Positions 36,819 to 47,720 of a DNA stretch of 64,000 bases are shown in pieces. The stretch lies in contig RDOA01000008.1 of the NCBI GenBank assembly GCA_011364925.1, positions 1 through 64,000 of the forward strand. The letters are read 5' to 3'. Under the pieces are notes generated by a model that did not search any database, was not told the origin of the DNA, and was given only the letters and a program-made list of their open reading frames with translations. A program made the position numbers and the translations under genes. Source of the DNA: Promethearchaeota archaeon (GTDB lineage Archaea; Asgardarchaeota; Lokiarchaeia; Sigyniarchaeales; SOKP01). Within the stretch, counting starts at the first letter, position 1. The number at the start of each line of letters is the position of its first letter.

Positions 36819-37862
36819 TTAAATATATCTTTGGCTAATGTTCGTTTGAAAAAATTGTTCTCTCTGATTCATTCTCCGATTTGTTTGCGTACTACCTCCT
36901 CTTTTCGACACAATGTAAAATTGGACTAACGAGTTTCCATGTACAAGAGTGTTACCTCTCCATTTGCTATCTATAGACTCAAACTCTACAACTTCACCAA
37001 GGCCAATACCTTTTCTAGCGCTAAAGTTTAACTTAAGATTTTGTAAAGTCTTAATTAATTGGACTTCGCTTAGATCTGGATTTCCATTAAAAGGTTTGTC
37101 TTTAAATCTCAAGGATTCGATCGCAAACGCTTTAAGGATGTCTTTACTCATTACACCCCAAACTTGTGCGTTTGCGTAAAATTCGATGCCAATAAACTCA
37201 CCGTTAATAAAGGCTGCGATACCACACTGGTTCTCTACATTTTTAAACGAAGACACGATTTTTTCTGTTTCTCTATCAATATTTTCAGTCATTTCAAGAT
37301 AACTCTGCGTAGGAGCAATCTTATTATTATAATTCATCTCAGTTCTATATGCTTGGATTTCGTCCCAAACTGAACCTTGACCCGCAGATGAGATGGCGGC
37401 GTACGCAACATTAGGATGGAGTCTCGTGCTCGATGCTTTAAATCCTCTCCCCTTCCGATAGTTCCATCTCGATTGTTCTACACACTTAGCAGGAATCGTG
37501 TATTTTTGCTCCATTGATCCTTTATTGGAACCAGATATGTTTTGTTTTCCTCCGGCTGCCAATAGGATTGGTTCCCATATGGTTCGATCTTGTTTTCCCC
37601 CGTGAACTGTTACCCCAAATGGGATTAAAACCTGTTGATCACTATTATTTATAACTTCCAGTTGACTAACCGTATCTGTTTCATTTATACTAATTAAGCC
37701 AAGTTCTTCGGCTTCCTTAACGCTGATAAATTCCAAGGTTTTACCCTTATAAATGATCGGGATTACGGTCATATTACCTTGAGATTGAGGTTTACCAAAT
37801 TCTAAAACTTCTAATGGCTTTTCAAACAACATTTCTACAATTTGAACGCTTATATTCTTCAT
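36819..37862 (-). CDS. ARPP-1 (DUF6569)-like domain protein
   Basis: VSQLEVINNS..VLIPFG...GGKQDRT, CVEQSRW, QGSVWDEI motifs. Confidence 0.75.
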   Translation of the reverse strand: MKNISVQIVEMLFEKPLEVLEFGKPQSQGNMTVIPIIYKGKTLEFISVKEAEELGLISINETDTVSQLEVINNSDQQVLIPFGVTVHGGKQDRTIWEPILLAAGGKQNISGSNKGSMEQKYTIPAKCVEQSRWNYRKGRGFKASSTRLHPNVAYAAISSAGQGSVWDEIQAYRTEMNYNNKIAPTQSYLEMTENIDRETEKIVSSFKNVENQCGIAAFINGEFIGIEFYANAQVWGVMSKDILKAFAIESLRFKDKPFNGNPDLSEVQLIKTLQNLKLNFSARKGIGLGEVVEFESIDSKWRGNTLVHGNSLVQFYIVSKRGGSTQTNRRMNQREQFFQTNISQRYI

Positions 37863-38293
37863 TTCTCACTTTCCTCCTTTTTATTAATTTTGCGTTCTTT
37901 TTTATGCACTTCATCAAAATTAGCTTCTTCATAAAGAGGGTCTATAAATTGGTTAGCAATTTCTTTTCCGTTTTTTGTTAGTTCAACCCCATAAGAGATT
38001 TTCAATTTTCCAGTGTCAGTTACCTTATCAACAGTTGCGCCTTTTAATTTTGAAGCTTCTTCCTCTGAAACTTCCATTTTTTGAGTTCTAATGATTCCTC
38101 CTCTCTTAAGCGCCCCAATATGATAATTAATGTTTTGACGTTCTACTTCCAGTTTATTTGCCAAGTCCACAGCTCGTTGAGACCTTGTTGAAAGCTCCCT
38201 AAGTATTTCTACTCTCATAGGATTTCGAAACACAAGACCTACCTTTTCAAAGATTGGCTTTTTTTTTTCTTTTTTTTCATTTTTTTCTGGCAT
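37859..38293 (-). CDS. ArsR-type winged HTH regulator
   Basis: NPMRVEILREL...DLANKLEVERQNINYHIGALKRGGII; 4-bp overlap with the downstream gene. Confidence 0.85.
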   Translation of the reverse strand: MPEKNEKKEKKKPIFEKVGLVFRNPMRVEILRELSTRSQRAVDLANKLEVERQNINYHIGALKRGGIIRTQKMEVSEEEASKLKGATVDKVTDTGKLKISYGVELTKNGKEIANQFIDPLYEEANFDEVHKKERKINKKEESEK

Positions 38294-38889
38294 AAAAAAT
38301 CACAATCGTTTTTTACTGTAAAAATCTTTTTTACTATAAAAACAATTATTACTTTTCCTATTTAAATATTTGTATCCCCTACAAATTTTTTGTGGAAAAA
38401 TAAGATTAAACAAAAAGCAGATATAATGAAGGATTGGTGATCCCTAAAAATTAAAATTTTTATTTAAATGTCAATAGTGACCTTTTCTTGAGCGAAAGCA
38501 TTTGAAGTTCTAACACCATTCCTAAAGGAAATCAATTTCCCTCGTTTCATATCCTTTAACTTCTCTAAATCATTAAAAATGTTCCTTTTTAAAAATAAAT
38601 TAAGATATTTACCCTCATATAATGTCATATCTAACGATTGAAGAAACTCAGGATGACGAAAAATTTTCCAATTGATGTTTTGCATAGTATTACTGGAATA
38701 AAAGTTCGGGATTATAAAGAAGATGACACTGAGAGTTTTCTATTATTTCGAGTTCTTATAACAAACAAGTTCTAATTCGAATAATTTAACTTAGTTGATA
38801 CTTTTTCTAACCAAATTAGGATATTTTTATTTATGGACCCAGCTAAAATTGGGATGTTTACGTTCATCAATAAATAATTATACGGAAGC

Positions 38890-40365
38890 ATGGTAATGGA
38901 AAATTCAGATATAATTCACACGTTTTTGCACCCAAAATCTGTTGCTGTTATTGGAGCCTCAAAGAAATTAGCAAAGGGAGGGTTTCGAATAACAACCAAT
39001 CTCATTACTAACAATTTTAAAGGAAAAGTTTACCTTGTCAATCCTAATGCAAAAGGTAATCTATACAATCTAGAATTCAAAAAGTCTATTTTGGACATCG
39101 AGGATGATATAGATATTGCGATATTTTACGTTCCAAATCGATTTATTCCTCATCTTCTGGAAGAATGTATAGAAAAGGGGGTTAAAGGTGCTATAATTGA
39201 GGCATCAGGGTTCGAAGAAGTCGGTAGTAAAGGATTGGAGTTAAAAAAAAAACTTATAGAAATTACAGATAATTTCACAAAAATACGAATCTTAGGTCCT
39301 AATTGCATGGGATTAAGCACTTTTATTGGCGATAGTGACAGCGAACAAAAAGAAGCCTTTTTTTCTGGATTTGGGCCTTTTTCAACTTTTAAAAGGGGGA
39401 ACATAGGATTAATTAGTCAATCAGGAATGTTGAATGGGGGTTACTTAATGCACATAATGACGCAGTATCCTCATTTAGGATTCAGATATTCGTGTTCAAT
39501 CGGAAATAAGACTGACATTAGCGAATTAGAGTTTTTAGAATACATGTTATCTGATGACACGGTAAATGTCATTGCGATATACCTAGAATCCTTTAAAGAT
39601 CCGAGGAAATTTATAGAACTGTGTAAAAAAGCTAAATCCATGCCAAACAAAACGATTATTTTACTTAGAGGCGGAGTAACTAGCCAGGGTCAAAAAGCTA
39701 CGCGTAGTCATACCGGTTCAATGGCTGAAAACGCGCGATTAATCCAAGGAATTATTAAGCAATCGGGCGTGATTTATGTAAATAATTTTTACGAATTATT
39801 TCAGTTTGCTCGGTCGTTTTCGATCATGTATAAAACGGGACAAGCATTTCCTAAAAAGGGGAATGTTTCGTTTTTAGCGGGTTCTGGAGGTGCTGGGACA
39901 TTAATCGCCGATCTTACTATGATACACGGTTTAAAGCTCCCAATTTTACACGATAAAACGTATAGTGTTCTCGTAGAAGTTTTCCCAGAGTGGATGCCTC
40001 CAAATAGGTTTGCGTTTGTAGACATTTGGCCGGCAATGGAAAAAGCCATGATGCGTAGGGAAAAACCAGAAGTTGTTTTAAGCAGAGTTTATAAAGCTTT
40101 AATAGAGGATCCTAATGTAGAGGGAATATTTAACATGTTATTTTGTTCAAAACAATTCAATGCGCTAAATGATATCGACGAACTCATCAAGGTAGCAGAA
40201 AAATCTCCAAAACCCTTTTATTTCTGGTTAGTTGGCGAAGCAAAGGAGGTGCAAAGAATTTCTGATCAGTTAGGAAAACACAATATCCTTGATTTCCCCA
40301 GTTTAGAAGATATGGTTAAAAACTTTAAGACCTTGGTTCAAAACTCGAATAACTTTATAAATTAA
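38890..40365 (+). CDS. Acyl-CoA synthetase (NDP-forming) alpha subunit / CoA-binding protein
   Basis: PKSVAVIGAS, GPNCMG, SQSG, SHTGSMA. Confidence 0.92.
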   Translation: MVMENSDIIHTFLHPKSVAVIGASKKLAKGGFRITTNLITNNFKGKVYLVNPNAKGNLYNLEFKKSILDIEDDIDIAIFYVPNRFIPHLLEECIEKGVKGAIIEASGFEEVGSKGLELKKKLIEITDNFTKIRILGPNCMGLSTFIGDSDSEQKEAFFSGFGPFSTFKRGNIGLISQSGMLNGGYLMHIMTQYPHLGFRYSCSIGNKTDISELEFLEYMLSDDTVNVIAIYLESFKDPRKFIELCKKAKSMPNKTIILLRGGVTSQGQKATRSHTGSMAENARLIQGIIKQSGVIYVNNFYELFQFARSFSIMYKTGQAFPKKGNVSFLAGSGGAGTLIADLTMIHGLKLPILHDKTYSVLVEVFPEWMPPNRFAFVDIWPAMEKAMMRREKPEVVLSRVYKALIEDPNVEGIFNMLFCSKQFNALNDIDELIKVAEKSPKPFYFWLVGEAKEVQRISDQLGKHNILDFPSLEDMVKNFKTLVQNSNNFIN

Positions 40366-40411
40366 CTCTCTAATCTTCCGATTACCCTAAATAAAAAAAA
40401 AAAAATAATCT

Positions 40412-41122
40412 CTATAAAATCTCCTTATTTTTCTGTAACTTCCAAACTCCAAATCCTTGAACTAAAAAACAGAGTAAGAAGGAATATTGAGAGATTTTTT
40501 GCATAGATGCTTGTAATATTAATCCGTCCAGAGTTATGGATTTTGGTATACTGATCAATACTATTGTATAGATCGCTGCGACAGCTAACAGCGCGACATA
40601 AACAAAACCATACAAGTTAGGATAGTCATTATTGTAGAAAACTGCGATTGTAAAAAACAATATACCCACTATGCCAGTAATATTGAACAAATTCGCAAAC
40701 ATTAAATGCGTTCTATTAAAAAGATCCCAGGGAGTAAAAATAGTTACGATCAAGAATACAACTGAAGTTAGGCTAATTAAAGATCCAATTCTGGCTATTA
40801 AATACTGTTTTTTATCTTTTTTAAAATACGATGAGAATATTAGAGCGAAGGGTATAAAGGAAAAGCTTAGAATTAATGCTGTAATTGTAAAAATTGTAAA
40901 TGATACGAAATTTGGAGCCCCAGATAGTGCAAATACGCGCCCTAAATCGCTAAAGAAGTTTCCCCAGAAATAATATCCTGGACTTAAAGGATTTACCAAA
41001 GTGCCTCCCGCGTAAAAAAACATCGCTATCGCCGTAAAAACTATATATTGTGTGGGTCCAAAAATTATAGATACCGACGCAAATAGTTTCCAATTTTTAA
41101 TCATCTTCAATAAAACCACCAT
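40412..41122 (-). CDS. DUF998-like membrane protein
   Basis: YAGG..GYYFWGNFFSDLG motif; ~5 TM segments. Confidence 0.75.
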   Translation of the reverse strand: MVVLLKMIKNWKLFASVSIIFGPTQYIVFTAIAMFFYAGGTLVNPLSPGYYFWGNFFSDLGRVFALSGAPNFVSFTIFTITALILSFSFIPFALIFSSYFKKDKKQYLIARIGSLISLTSVVFLIVTIFTPWDLFNRTHLMFANLFNITGIVGILFFTIAVFYNNDYPNLYGFVYVALLAVAAIYTIVLISIPKSITLDGLILQASMQKISQYSFLLCFLVQGFGVWKLQKNKEIL

Positions 41123-41260
41123 AAAGTTATTTGCATAATAATTTTAAATTAATATTTTTAAAGCTCGAAAATAATACATCGTGCTATAACTATCCTTAGA
41201 ATTAAAAAAATCAAAAAAAAGGTTAAAATCAACTCTAACTCATGTCGTTAAATCCGTATC

Positions 41261-42079
41261 CTACGCGTATTTAGGTTTTGAAATGAAACCTATAAATATG
41301 AGTAAATTGACGCCAATATCGATTAATTCAGCAATAATTCCAAAAGATAGGTTTGCGTTAATTAAGATCGTTCGGACTAAATTTGAGATCAGAAAACATA
41401 TAAACGCTAATCCAATAATTAATCCATGTGCTTGGGTAAGCCGTTTGTTTTTATACATAAACAAAAACATGAACGCAATCGCAATATAGCTTAAAATCGT
41501 GATGAATGGAAACACGAGGTTAAGAAAGTTTAATGTGGGCGCTAATACGATAATCAAAGCTGTTACTATAACAAACCCAAGCATAATCCTCAATCTTAGC
41601 TTGCTAAACTGCTTCTTATTCATCTCTTTATCCTTATTCATGTTAATGTAGACAAGAACTGCTTCTAAACCGATATATAATATCGGAATTAAGTTTACGA
41701 TGATTACGAAAAACCTGATTTTTGTTAAAAGCAAAACAAATTCAGTACTAAAGGTTCCAGATATAATTACTAAATTGTAAAAGATATCATAGACTTTTGC
41801 GCAAGTAAGTATTCCAAAAAAGGCTCCGAATAAAAAATAAGCATCTGATAGATATATTGCTTCTTGCTTAAACCATTTTCGAAAAAGAACGAACGACAAT
41901 ACTCCTAATATCAAGATTCTCACGAGTATTGCCACTAAGCCTATCCACAGACCTTCAATGCCAAAAAACGCTGCAACTAAGCTAGACCAATACAAAGAGA
42001 ACAATACGCTAAAGAAAATCATTAAAACAAGAATTAAGGCAAAAATGCTGCAAATAAATTTTTTTCGTTTACTCTCCAT
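41261..42079 (-). CDS. Multi-pass membrane protein
   Basis: ~8 TM segments. Confidence 0.8.
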   Translation of the reverse strand: MESKRKKFICSIFALILVLMIFFSVLFSLYWSSLVAAFFGIEGLWIGLVAILVRILILGVLSFVLFRKWFKQEAIYLSDAYFLFGAFFGILTCAKVYDIFYNLVIISGTFSTEFVLLLTKIRFFVIIVNLIPILYIGLEAVLVYINMNKDKEMNKKQFSKLRLRIMLGFVIVTALIIVLAPTLNFLNLVFPFITILSYIAIAFMFLFMYKNKRLTQAHGLIIGLAFICFLISNLVRTILINANLSFGIIAELIDIGVNLLIFIGFISKPKYA

Positions 42080-42283
42080 TATTAAAAACCTTTTAACAAC
42101 GATTATGTGTCTATTTTTTTTTCTAAAATATTTTAACTATTCTAAACATAATTTTGTAAATAGCTTTTAAAAACCCGAATTTTTTTCCATTGGCTTAATT
42201 TTAAGAAGATGAATTTCTATTATTTAAGAAAGAGTTTAGCTAAACATAAGATTATTTAGGGAAATATCTGCGTAGAATAAGGG

Positions 42284-43663
42284 TTGGGTATGGTTTATTT
42301 TAAAATTAATGGATTAGGATATAACTGCGGTTATATCGAAAGTAAATGCCCAAAAGAAAAGACTTCTTGTATTGAATGCATTAAAGATCGTTTAAGAGAT
42401 CTTGGATTTGAATTTGATTCGACAATAGAAATCTTTAAACTCGATTCTATCGAAAAACAGTTAGAGTTAGAAAGAGATACCATTTGGCAAAAATTTTTGG
42501 ATGTATTAAACATTAAGCACATTCTAATAATGGACAAGGAATCAGGATTAACCGTGATAAACTACACAGTATCAGGAGTAGATGTTGATGTAGAGCTTCT
42601 GAGTGGGTTTATACAAGCTAATATAACATTTTCTGAATCAGGAGAAGCGTCTAAGCAAAACCTCGTATCCTCTTACGAAAATCTTTTTTACGAATTCCAA
42701 TATAAAAGTTTTAATATTCTGCTTAAAGATGGGAATCATGTTCGAATTTGCTTAATACTCGACCATAAGGCGTCTAATAAACTTCGAAATCACACATTTC
42801 GATTTGTAGAGGAATTTGAAGAGAAATTTGAAGAGGAACTTATTACTTTACGAAACACTGGTTCTATTAATTTCAATAACATGATAGATGATATTGTGGA
42901 TAGTTTTAACATAAATCTTACATTTCCAATGACTTTAGTACACTCAATTCCGCCATATGAGTTAGAAAAAGTAAAAAGAAGCATACTGCAGAAAGCGATA
43001 TTTAATTTAGCAAAAGAAATGCTTGCGGTAAAACCGTTCTTCTTTATATACAACATGCTACAGCGTATTAAGAAAATTGTAAATATCGATGATGAAGTTA
43101 TCCTCTTTGAGATTCACCAACTCTTAGAAAGACAAATCATTACTCCAACACCTATAGAAGCGATTGCAGATACCATAGAATCTGGTCAGTTGGCTGATAA
43201 GAAGAAAGAAACTAAAACTAGTTCAATATCATCTATTATTATAAGTAAAACGGATACTGATGAACTAAAAAGCAAATTAGACACAATGGACAAATTTTCA
43301 GCACAGAAGTTAATTAAGGAATTGATGCGAAAAGCTAAAGCAGCAGAAAAAGAATCAACTTATCAAGTAACTCTTAACGAATACAATAAAGCTTTATTTA
43401 TAGCTAAGGACTTTAAACTCAAAGATGAGATTAGCAAGATTAACCAAAAAATCTTTAATTTAGAGCACAAATCTAAAAATATAGAATTAGACTTTAATAT
43501 TGAAAAAGCAGAAAATGCTGAAAAATATGGCGATTTTATCAACAGCATCAATTATTATCAAAAAGCTTTAGAAATCCTTGACGAATTCATAGTTTATAAT
43601 ATTATCGACCCTAGAATAAAGAAGTTTAAGAAAAAAATCGCACAACTTCGAGAAGAGATCTGA
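42284..43663 (+). CDS. Longin-like domain protein with N-terminal Cys cluster and C-terminal helical (TPR/MIT-like) region
   Basis: ILIMDKESGL...LLSGFIQANITFS...FQYKSFNILL..G..VRICLIL, a typical Asgard longin-like pattern. Confidence 0.7.
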   Translation: MGMVYFKINGLGYNCGYIESKCPKEKTSCIECIKDRLRDLGFEFDSTIEIFKLDSIEKQLELERDTIWQKFLDVLNIKHILIMDKESGLTVINYTVSGVDVDVELLSGFIQANITFSESGEASKQNLVSSYENLFYEFQYKSFNILLKDGNHVRICLILDHKASNKLRNHTFRFVEEFEEKFEEELITLRNTGSINFNNMIDDIVDSFNINLTFPMTLVHSIPPYELEKVKRSILQKAIFNLAKEMLAVKPFFFIYNMLQRIKKIVNIDDEVILFEIHQLLERQIITPTPIEAIADTIESGQLADKKKETKTSSISSIIISKTDTDELKSKLDTMDKFSAQKLIKELMRKAKAAEKESTYQVTLNEYNKALFIAKDFKLKDEISKINQKIFNLEHKSKNIELDFNIEKAENAEKYGDFINSINYYQKALEILDEFIVYNIIDPRIKKFKKKIAQLREEI

Positions 43664-43795
43664 TCTTCATTTATAGATACTGCTGTAGAATCAAACATGC
43701 TTTTATTAACCTAAAACCTTTTTTACGTGTTAATATTACACAATTTAACTGAAACAGAACTGTTTGAATTTTAATATAAATAATTTGCACTCATT

Positions 43796-44302
43796 ATGGA
43801 AACAGTAAAAATCATCGTTTCTGGAGATGGCGGAGTAGGAAAAACGTCATTTTTGAATCGTTTAGTCAATAATAGTTTTGACGATTTTAGTGAATTAACA
43901 AAAGGCGTCGATTTTTACTCAAAAAGGATATTTGTTAATGGAACCGAATTTAATTTCATAATGTGGGATTTTGCTGGCCAAGATCGATTTAAAACATTGT
44001 TAAACGACTTTGTTGAAGGTTCACTTGCTGCTTTTATTCTTTTTGACTTATCAAGAATTAATACCATAGAAAATGTATATGAGTGGATAATTAATTTAGA
44101 ATCATTCGGACAAATTCCTATAATATTAATAGGAACAAAGGTGGACTTGATAACCCCATATCAATCCCAAACAATTGATACTTACATCTCAGAAATTAAG
44201 AAAGAGTATGAGAATGTAATCTCTTATATAAAAATATCATCGAAGACTGGGGAAAATATAAAAAATGCTTTTGAAATTTTAATAGGAAATTTGTTTCGAT
44301 AA
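43796..44302 (+). CDS. Rab-like small GTPase
   Basis: GDGGVGKT, TKGVDF, WDFAGQ, TKVD, SSK. Confidence 0.93.
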   Translation: METVKIIVSGDGGVGKTSFLNRLVNNSFDDFSELTKGVDFYSKRIFVNGTEFNFIMWDFAGQDRFKTLLNDFVEGSLAAFILFDLSRINTIENVYEWIINLESFGQIPIILIGTKVDLITPYQSQTIDTYISEIKKEYENVISYIKISSKTGENIKNAFEILIGNLFR

Positions 44303-44327
44303 ATAATTCTCCATATAGATGGAATAG

Positions 44328-45362
44328 TTACACTTTTTCAACCCATCCAAATTCATCCTTTATGTCTAAACGTTGAATTCCCACGAGAAGCTCATATAAT
44401 TTACGCGTAAATTCCCCCGGTTCCCCTTCACTAAAAATCCTTTTTTTATCGTCTACCGCAACAGATTTAATCGGAGTGATAACAGCCGCTGTACCTGAGC
44501 AGAAAGTTTCGGTACAAGAATCTTCAAATAATTCTTTATATGAAATGTCCCTTTCTTCAGTGTTCATACCAATTTTCTTTGAAGCTAGCTCTAGTATTGA
44601 TTTTCGAGTAATACCAGGTAAAATCGTTCCTGCAGCTTTGGGTGTAGTAAGAACCCCATTAATCACAGCAAAAAAATTGGCAGTTCCTACCTCGTCGATG
44701 AACTCCATATGGACGGCGTCTAGGAATATTACTTGGGCAAACCCCTTTTCCTTCGTTTCTTTTGCGGGTAACATTGACCCCGCGTAATTACAACACGTTT
44801 TAGATGCTCCTGTTCCCCCAGGAGCGGCTCTGGTGTATTTTTTAGTGATTTCTAAATCTATACCCTTAAAGCCTTCTGGAAAATAAGGTCCTACAGGAAC
44901 TGTAAAAATTATTAATTTATATTCTTTAGCGGGTTTAACTCCAACTATAGGTCCCGTTCCTATCATCAGAGGGCGAATATAGAGTGCTCCACCACTATCG
45001 TAAGGAGGTATAAAATCCGTGTTTGCTTTTACTACTTCTTTTACAGCAGAAACAAAATCGTCCGTATTATAATTCGGCATTAATAATCGGTCAGCACTGT
45101 CGTTAAACCTTTTTGCGTTTTCAATAGGTCTAAAAAGCACTATCTCACCATTTTTCGTCTTTAAAGCCTTCATCCCTTCAAAAATTCCCTGTCCATAGTT
45201 CAAAATGCAAGCAGCGGGAGATATTTCAAAATTTCCGAAAGGAACTAATCTTCCTTTATCCCATTTACCATCCTTATAATCTGAAACAAACATTTCTTTG
45301 GTTTTAATAAAGTCGAACCCTAAAGAATAATAGTCAATATCATTAGCATCCATAAATATCAA
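44328..45362 (-). CDS. ilvE: Branched-chain amino acid aminotransferase
   Basis: NYGQGIFEGMKA, LYIRP, ILPGITR, GTAAVITP. Confidence 0.95.
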   Translation of the reverse strand: MIFMDANDIDYYSLGFDFIKTKEMFVSDYKDGKWDKGRLVPFGNFEISPAACILNYGQGIFEGMKALKTKNGEIVLFRPIENAKRFNDSADRLLMPNYNTDDFVSAVKEVVKANTDFIPPYDSGGALYIRPLMIGTGPIVGVKPAKEYKLIIFTVPVGPYFPEGFKGIDLEITKKYTRAAPGGTGASKTCCNYAGSMLPAKETKEKGFAQVIFLDAVHMEFIDEVGTANFFAVINGVLTTPKAAGTILPGITRKSILELASKKIGMNTEERDISYKELFEDSCTETFCSGTAAVITPIKSVAVDDKKRIFSEGEPGEFTRKLYELLVGIQRLDIKDEFGWVEKV

Positions 45363-45552
45363 ATCAATGTTTTATTTATCAGATTTATTTAATGAAGAGT
45401 TCACTAAAAAACCTTATTGATAATACTAAGGGTATTTTCAAACGAATATTAATTATAGGTTATCAGAAAAATCAATAAAGATAAATAAAAAAAATTTGAT
45501 TTATAAATTAATTTTAAATTTGCCTTTTAAACGAAATTAACGCCTAAGAATT

Positions 45553-46497
45553 ATGGCTGTAATACCCCGCAAATCTAACGAGTTTAAACTGGTTATTGCA
45601 GGATTGGATAACGCTGGTAAAACGAGCGCTCTAATAGCGTTAAGACAAAAATATAATTTTTACGAGCGAGTCAAGAATTTAAAACCAACGATAAAAATTG
45701 ATTATAGCTCCTTTAAATTTCTTAATAAATACCGAATTAATCTCTGGGATATGGGAGGACAAAAAAAATTCAGAAAGATCTATATTAATAATCCGATTTA
45801 TTTTGAAGACACAGATTACATTTATTATCTTATAGACATTCAAGATGAAGTCAAATTTGAGGAAGCTATTGAATATCTCCACGAATTACTTAAAATCTTT
45901 AGGAATCTGGCTTATCCTAACGAAGTAATAGTCTGTTTTAACAAGTACGATCCCCAATTCAGAAATAACGAGGAATTTAGAGATCGAACAGATATGATTA
46001 AAAATTTGGTCAAATCACAAAACAAAGATATTAAATTTGAATTTTATAACACATCATATTACGACATTTCATCGATTTCGAAAGCATTGTCTCGCTCGTT
46101 AAATAGTTTGTTAAATTTAAATGAAATAGATAACGGTTTAAATAATTTAGTAAGTAACTTTAATTGTAGATATGCAATATTATACACAGATTCAGGAATC
46201 ATTATTTCTGATCATTATTTAGACACTATGGACATAAGAGAGTTTGAAGATAAAATAAGCCATAAAATTAGCGGGGATCTTGAATTCTTTCAGATGTTAA
46301 AGGATGAAAATGTTAATATCGACGATAGAATCACATTTTCCCATGATAAAACTGACTATGTTAAAAAATTTTCAATCCTATCAGAGAATATGGACAATAC
46401 TCTGTATATTGGGGTAAGTACGACAGTTAATAGTATTAATGAGGTTAAAATCGAATTAGAAAAACTAAGTAATGTCTTACAAACAAGTTTTGTATAA
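45553..46497 (+). CDS. Arf-like small GTPase with C-terminal roadblock-like domain
   Basis: GLDNAGKT, WDMGGQ, NKYD. Confidence 0.9.
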   Translation: MAVIPRKSNEFKLVIAGLDNAGKTSALIALRQKYNFYERVKNLKPTIKIDYSSFKFLNKYRINLWDMGGQKKFRKIYINNPIYFEDTDYIYYLIDIQDEVKFEEAIEYLHELLKIFRNLAYPNEVIVCFNKYDPQFRNNEEFRDRTDMIKNLVKSQNKDIKFEFYNTSYYDISSISKALSRSLNSLLNLNEIDNGLNNLVSNFNCRYAILYTDSGIIISDHYLDTMDIREFEDKISHKISGDLEFFQMLKDENVNIDDRITFSHDKTDYVKKFSILSENMDNTLYIGVSTTVNSINEVKIELEKLSNVLQTSFV

Positions 46498-46614
46498 ACA
46501 TAATGGAAACCAGATGTACTATTATTTAATTCGATTTTGACCCATTTGACCTTTTTTCTATTAAGTCTCACACTCAATCAAAAGCTTTTTCTTGAGTATA
46601 GGTTTTCTTCATTT

Positions 46615-47496
46615 ATGGCTCTTCAAAAAATGACTGCCAAAAAAATCATCGAGAAAAAGAGAAAAGGAGAAAAAATCGTAACCATTACTTCTTATGACTA
46701 TTCGTTTGCTAAAATTGTCGACGATTGTGGGATTGACTTAATTCTCGTAGGTGACTCCCTTTCCATGGTTGTTCTTGGATACAAAAATACATTAGCAGTG
46801 ACCATGGACGAAATGATTCACCACACTAAAGCAGTGACAAGAGGCGTTTCAAATGCGATGGTAGTTGGAGATATGCCCTTTTTGTCCTATAAAATTGGAG
46901 TCAAAAAAGCAGTCCAAAACGCGGGAAGATTTATTCAAGAAGGAGGAGCAGAAGCGGTAAAAGTTGAGGGTGGAGCTAAAATCTGTCCGACTATAAAAGC
47001 AATGATAGATGCAGATATACAAGTAATGGGCCATATTGGTCTAACTCCTCAAGCAATATATGAATTTGGAGGTTTCTTAGTACAAGGAAAGACCATCGAA
47101 GGAGCGAAAACTTTAATTATTGATGCTAAGAAGTTGGAAAAAACGGGAGTGTTTTCAATAGTACTTGAGAGTATACCGTGGCAAATTGCAAAATTAATAA
47201 CTCAATCGGTAGATATTCCTACCATTGGTATAGGGGCTGGTTCGTATTGTGATGGACAAATATTAGTTATTAACGATATGTTGGGGCTTTTTACAGACTT
47301 CAAACCAAAATTTCTAAAATATTTTGGAGATATTGGTAATTCCGTCAAAATGGCCGTTAACGACTACCAAAACGAGGTAAAAAGTGGTCTCTATCCTGAT
47401 ATAGAACACTCCTATGAATTCCCAAAAGAAGATTTGAATGAGATCGAAGAATGGTTTGAAAACACTGATCTCGAAAATGAAGTAGGCGAAAAGTAG
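46615..47496 (+). CDS. panB: 3-methyl-2-oxobutanoate hydroxymethyltransferase
   Basis: [27 protein letters not shown]; ATG at 46615 preferred. Confidence 0.96.
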   Translation: MALQKMTAKKIIEKKRKGEKIVTITSYDYSFAKIVDDCGIDLILVGDSLSMVVLGYKNTLAVTMDEMIHHTKAVTRGVSNAMVVGDMPFLSYKIGVKKAVQNAGRFIQEGGAEAVKVEGGAKICPTIKAMIDADIQVMGHIGLTPQAIYEFGGFLVQGKTIEGAKTLIIDAKKLEKTGVFSIVLESIPWQIAKLITQSVDIPTIGIGAGSYCDGQILVINDMLGLFTDFKPKFLKYFGDIGNSVKMAVNDYQNEVKSGLYPDIEHSYEFPKEDLNEIEEWFENTDLENEVGEK

Positions 47497-47720
47497 GGTA
47501 AATTAATCGTAAGAATCTAACAATATAGGAGTATAGTAAATAGTAAATTATTTCAATTTTGTTTGTTATCACCAAACGCATGAGATGTATCTAGAGAATA
47601 AGATTTTAATTATCCAAAAGTATAATTAAATAAATTTTTATTAATAATTATAACATAAGAACTTTGTTTGAAGATTTATTTAGCAAATTAAAGATCGAAT
47701 AAATTAACGGAAGATTTAAA

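Noticed and set aside
38464-38685. 73-aa ORF upstream of the wHTH gene
   Set aside because: No recognisable motif or RBS; may be spurious or a remnant.
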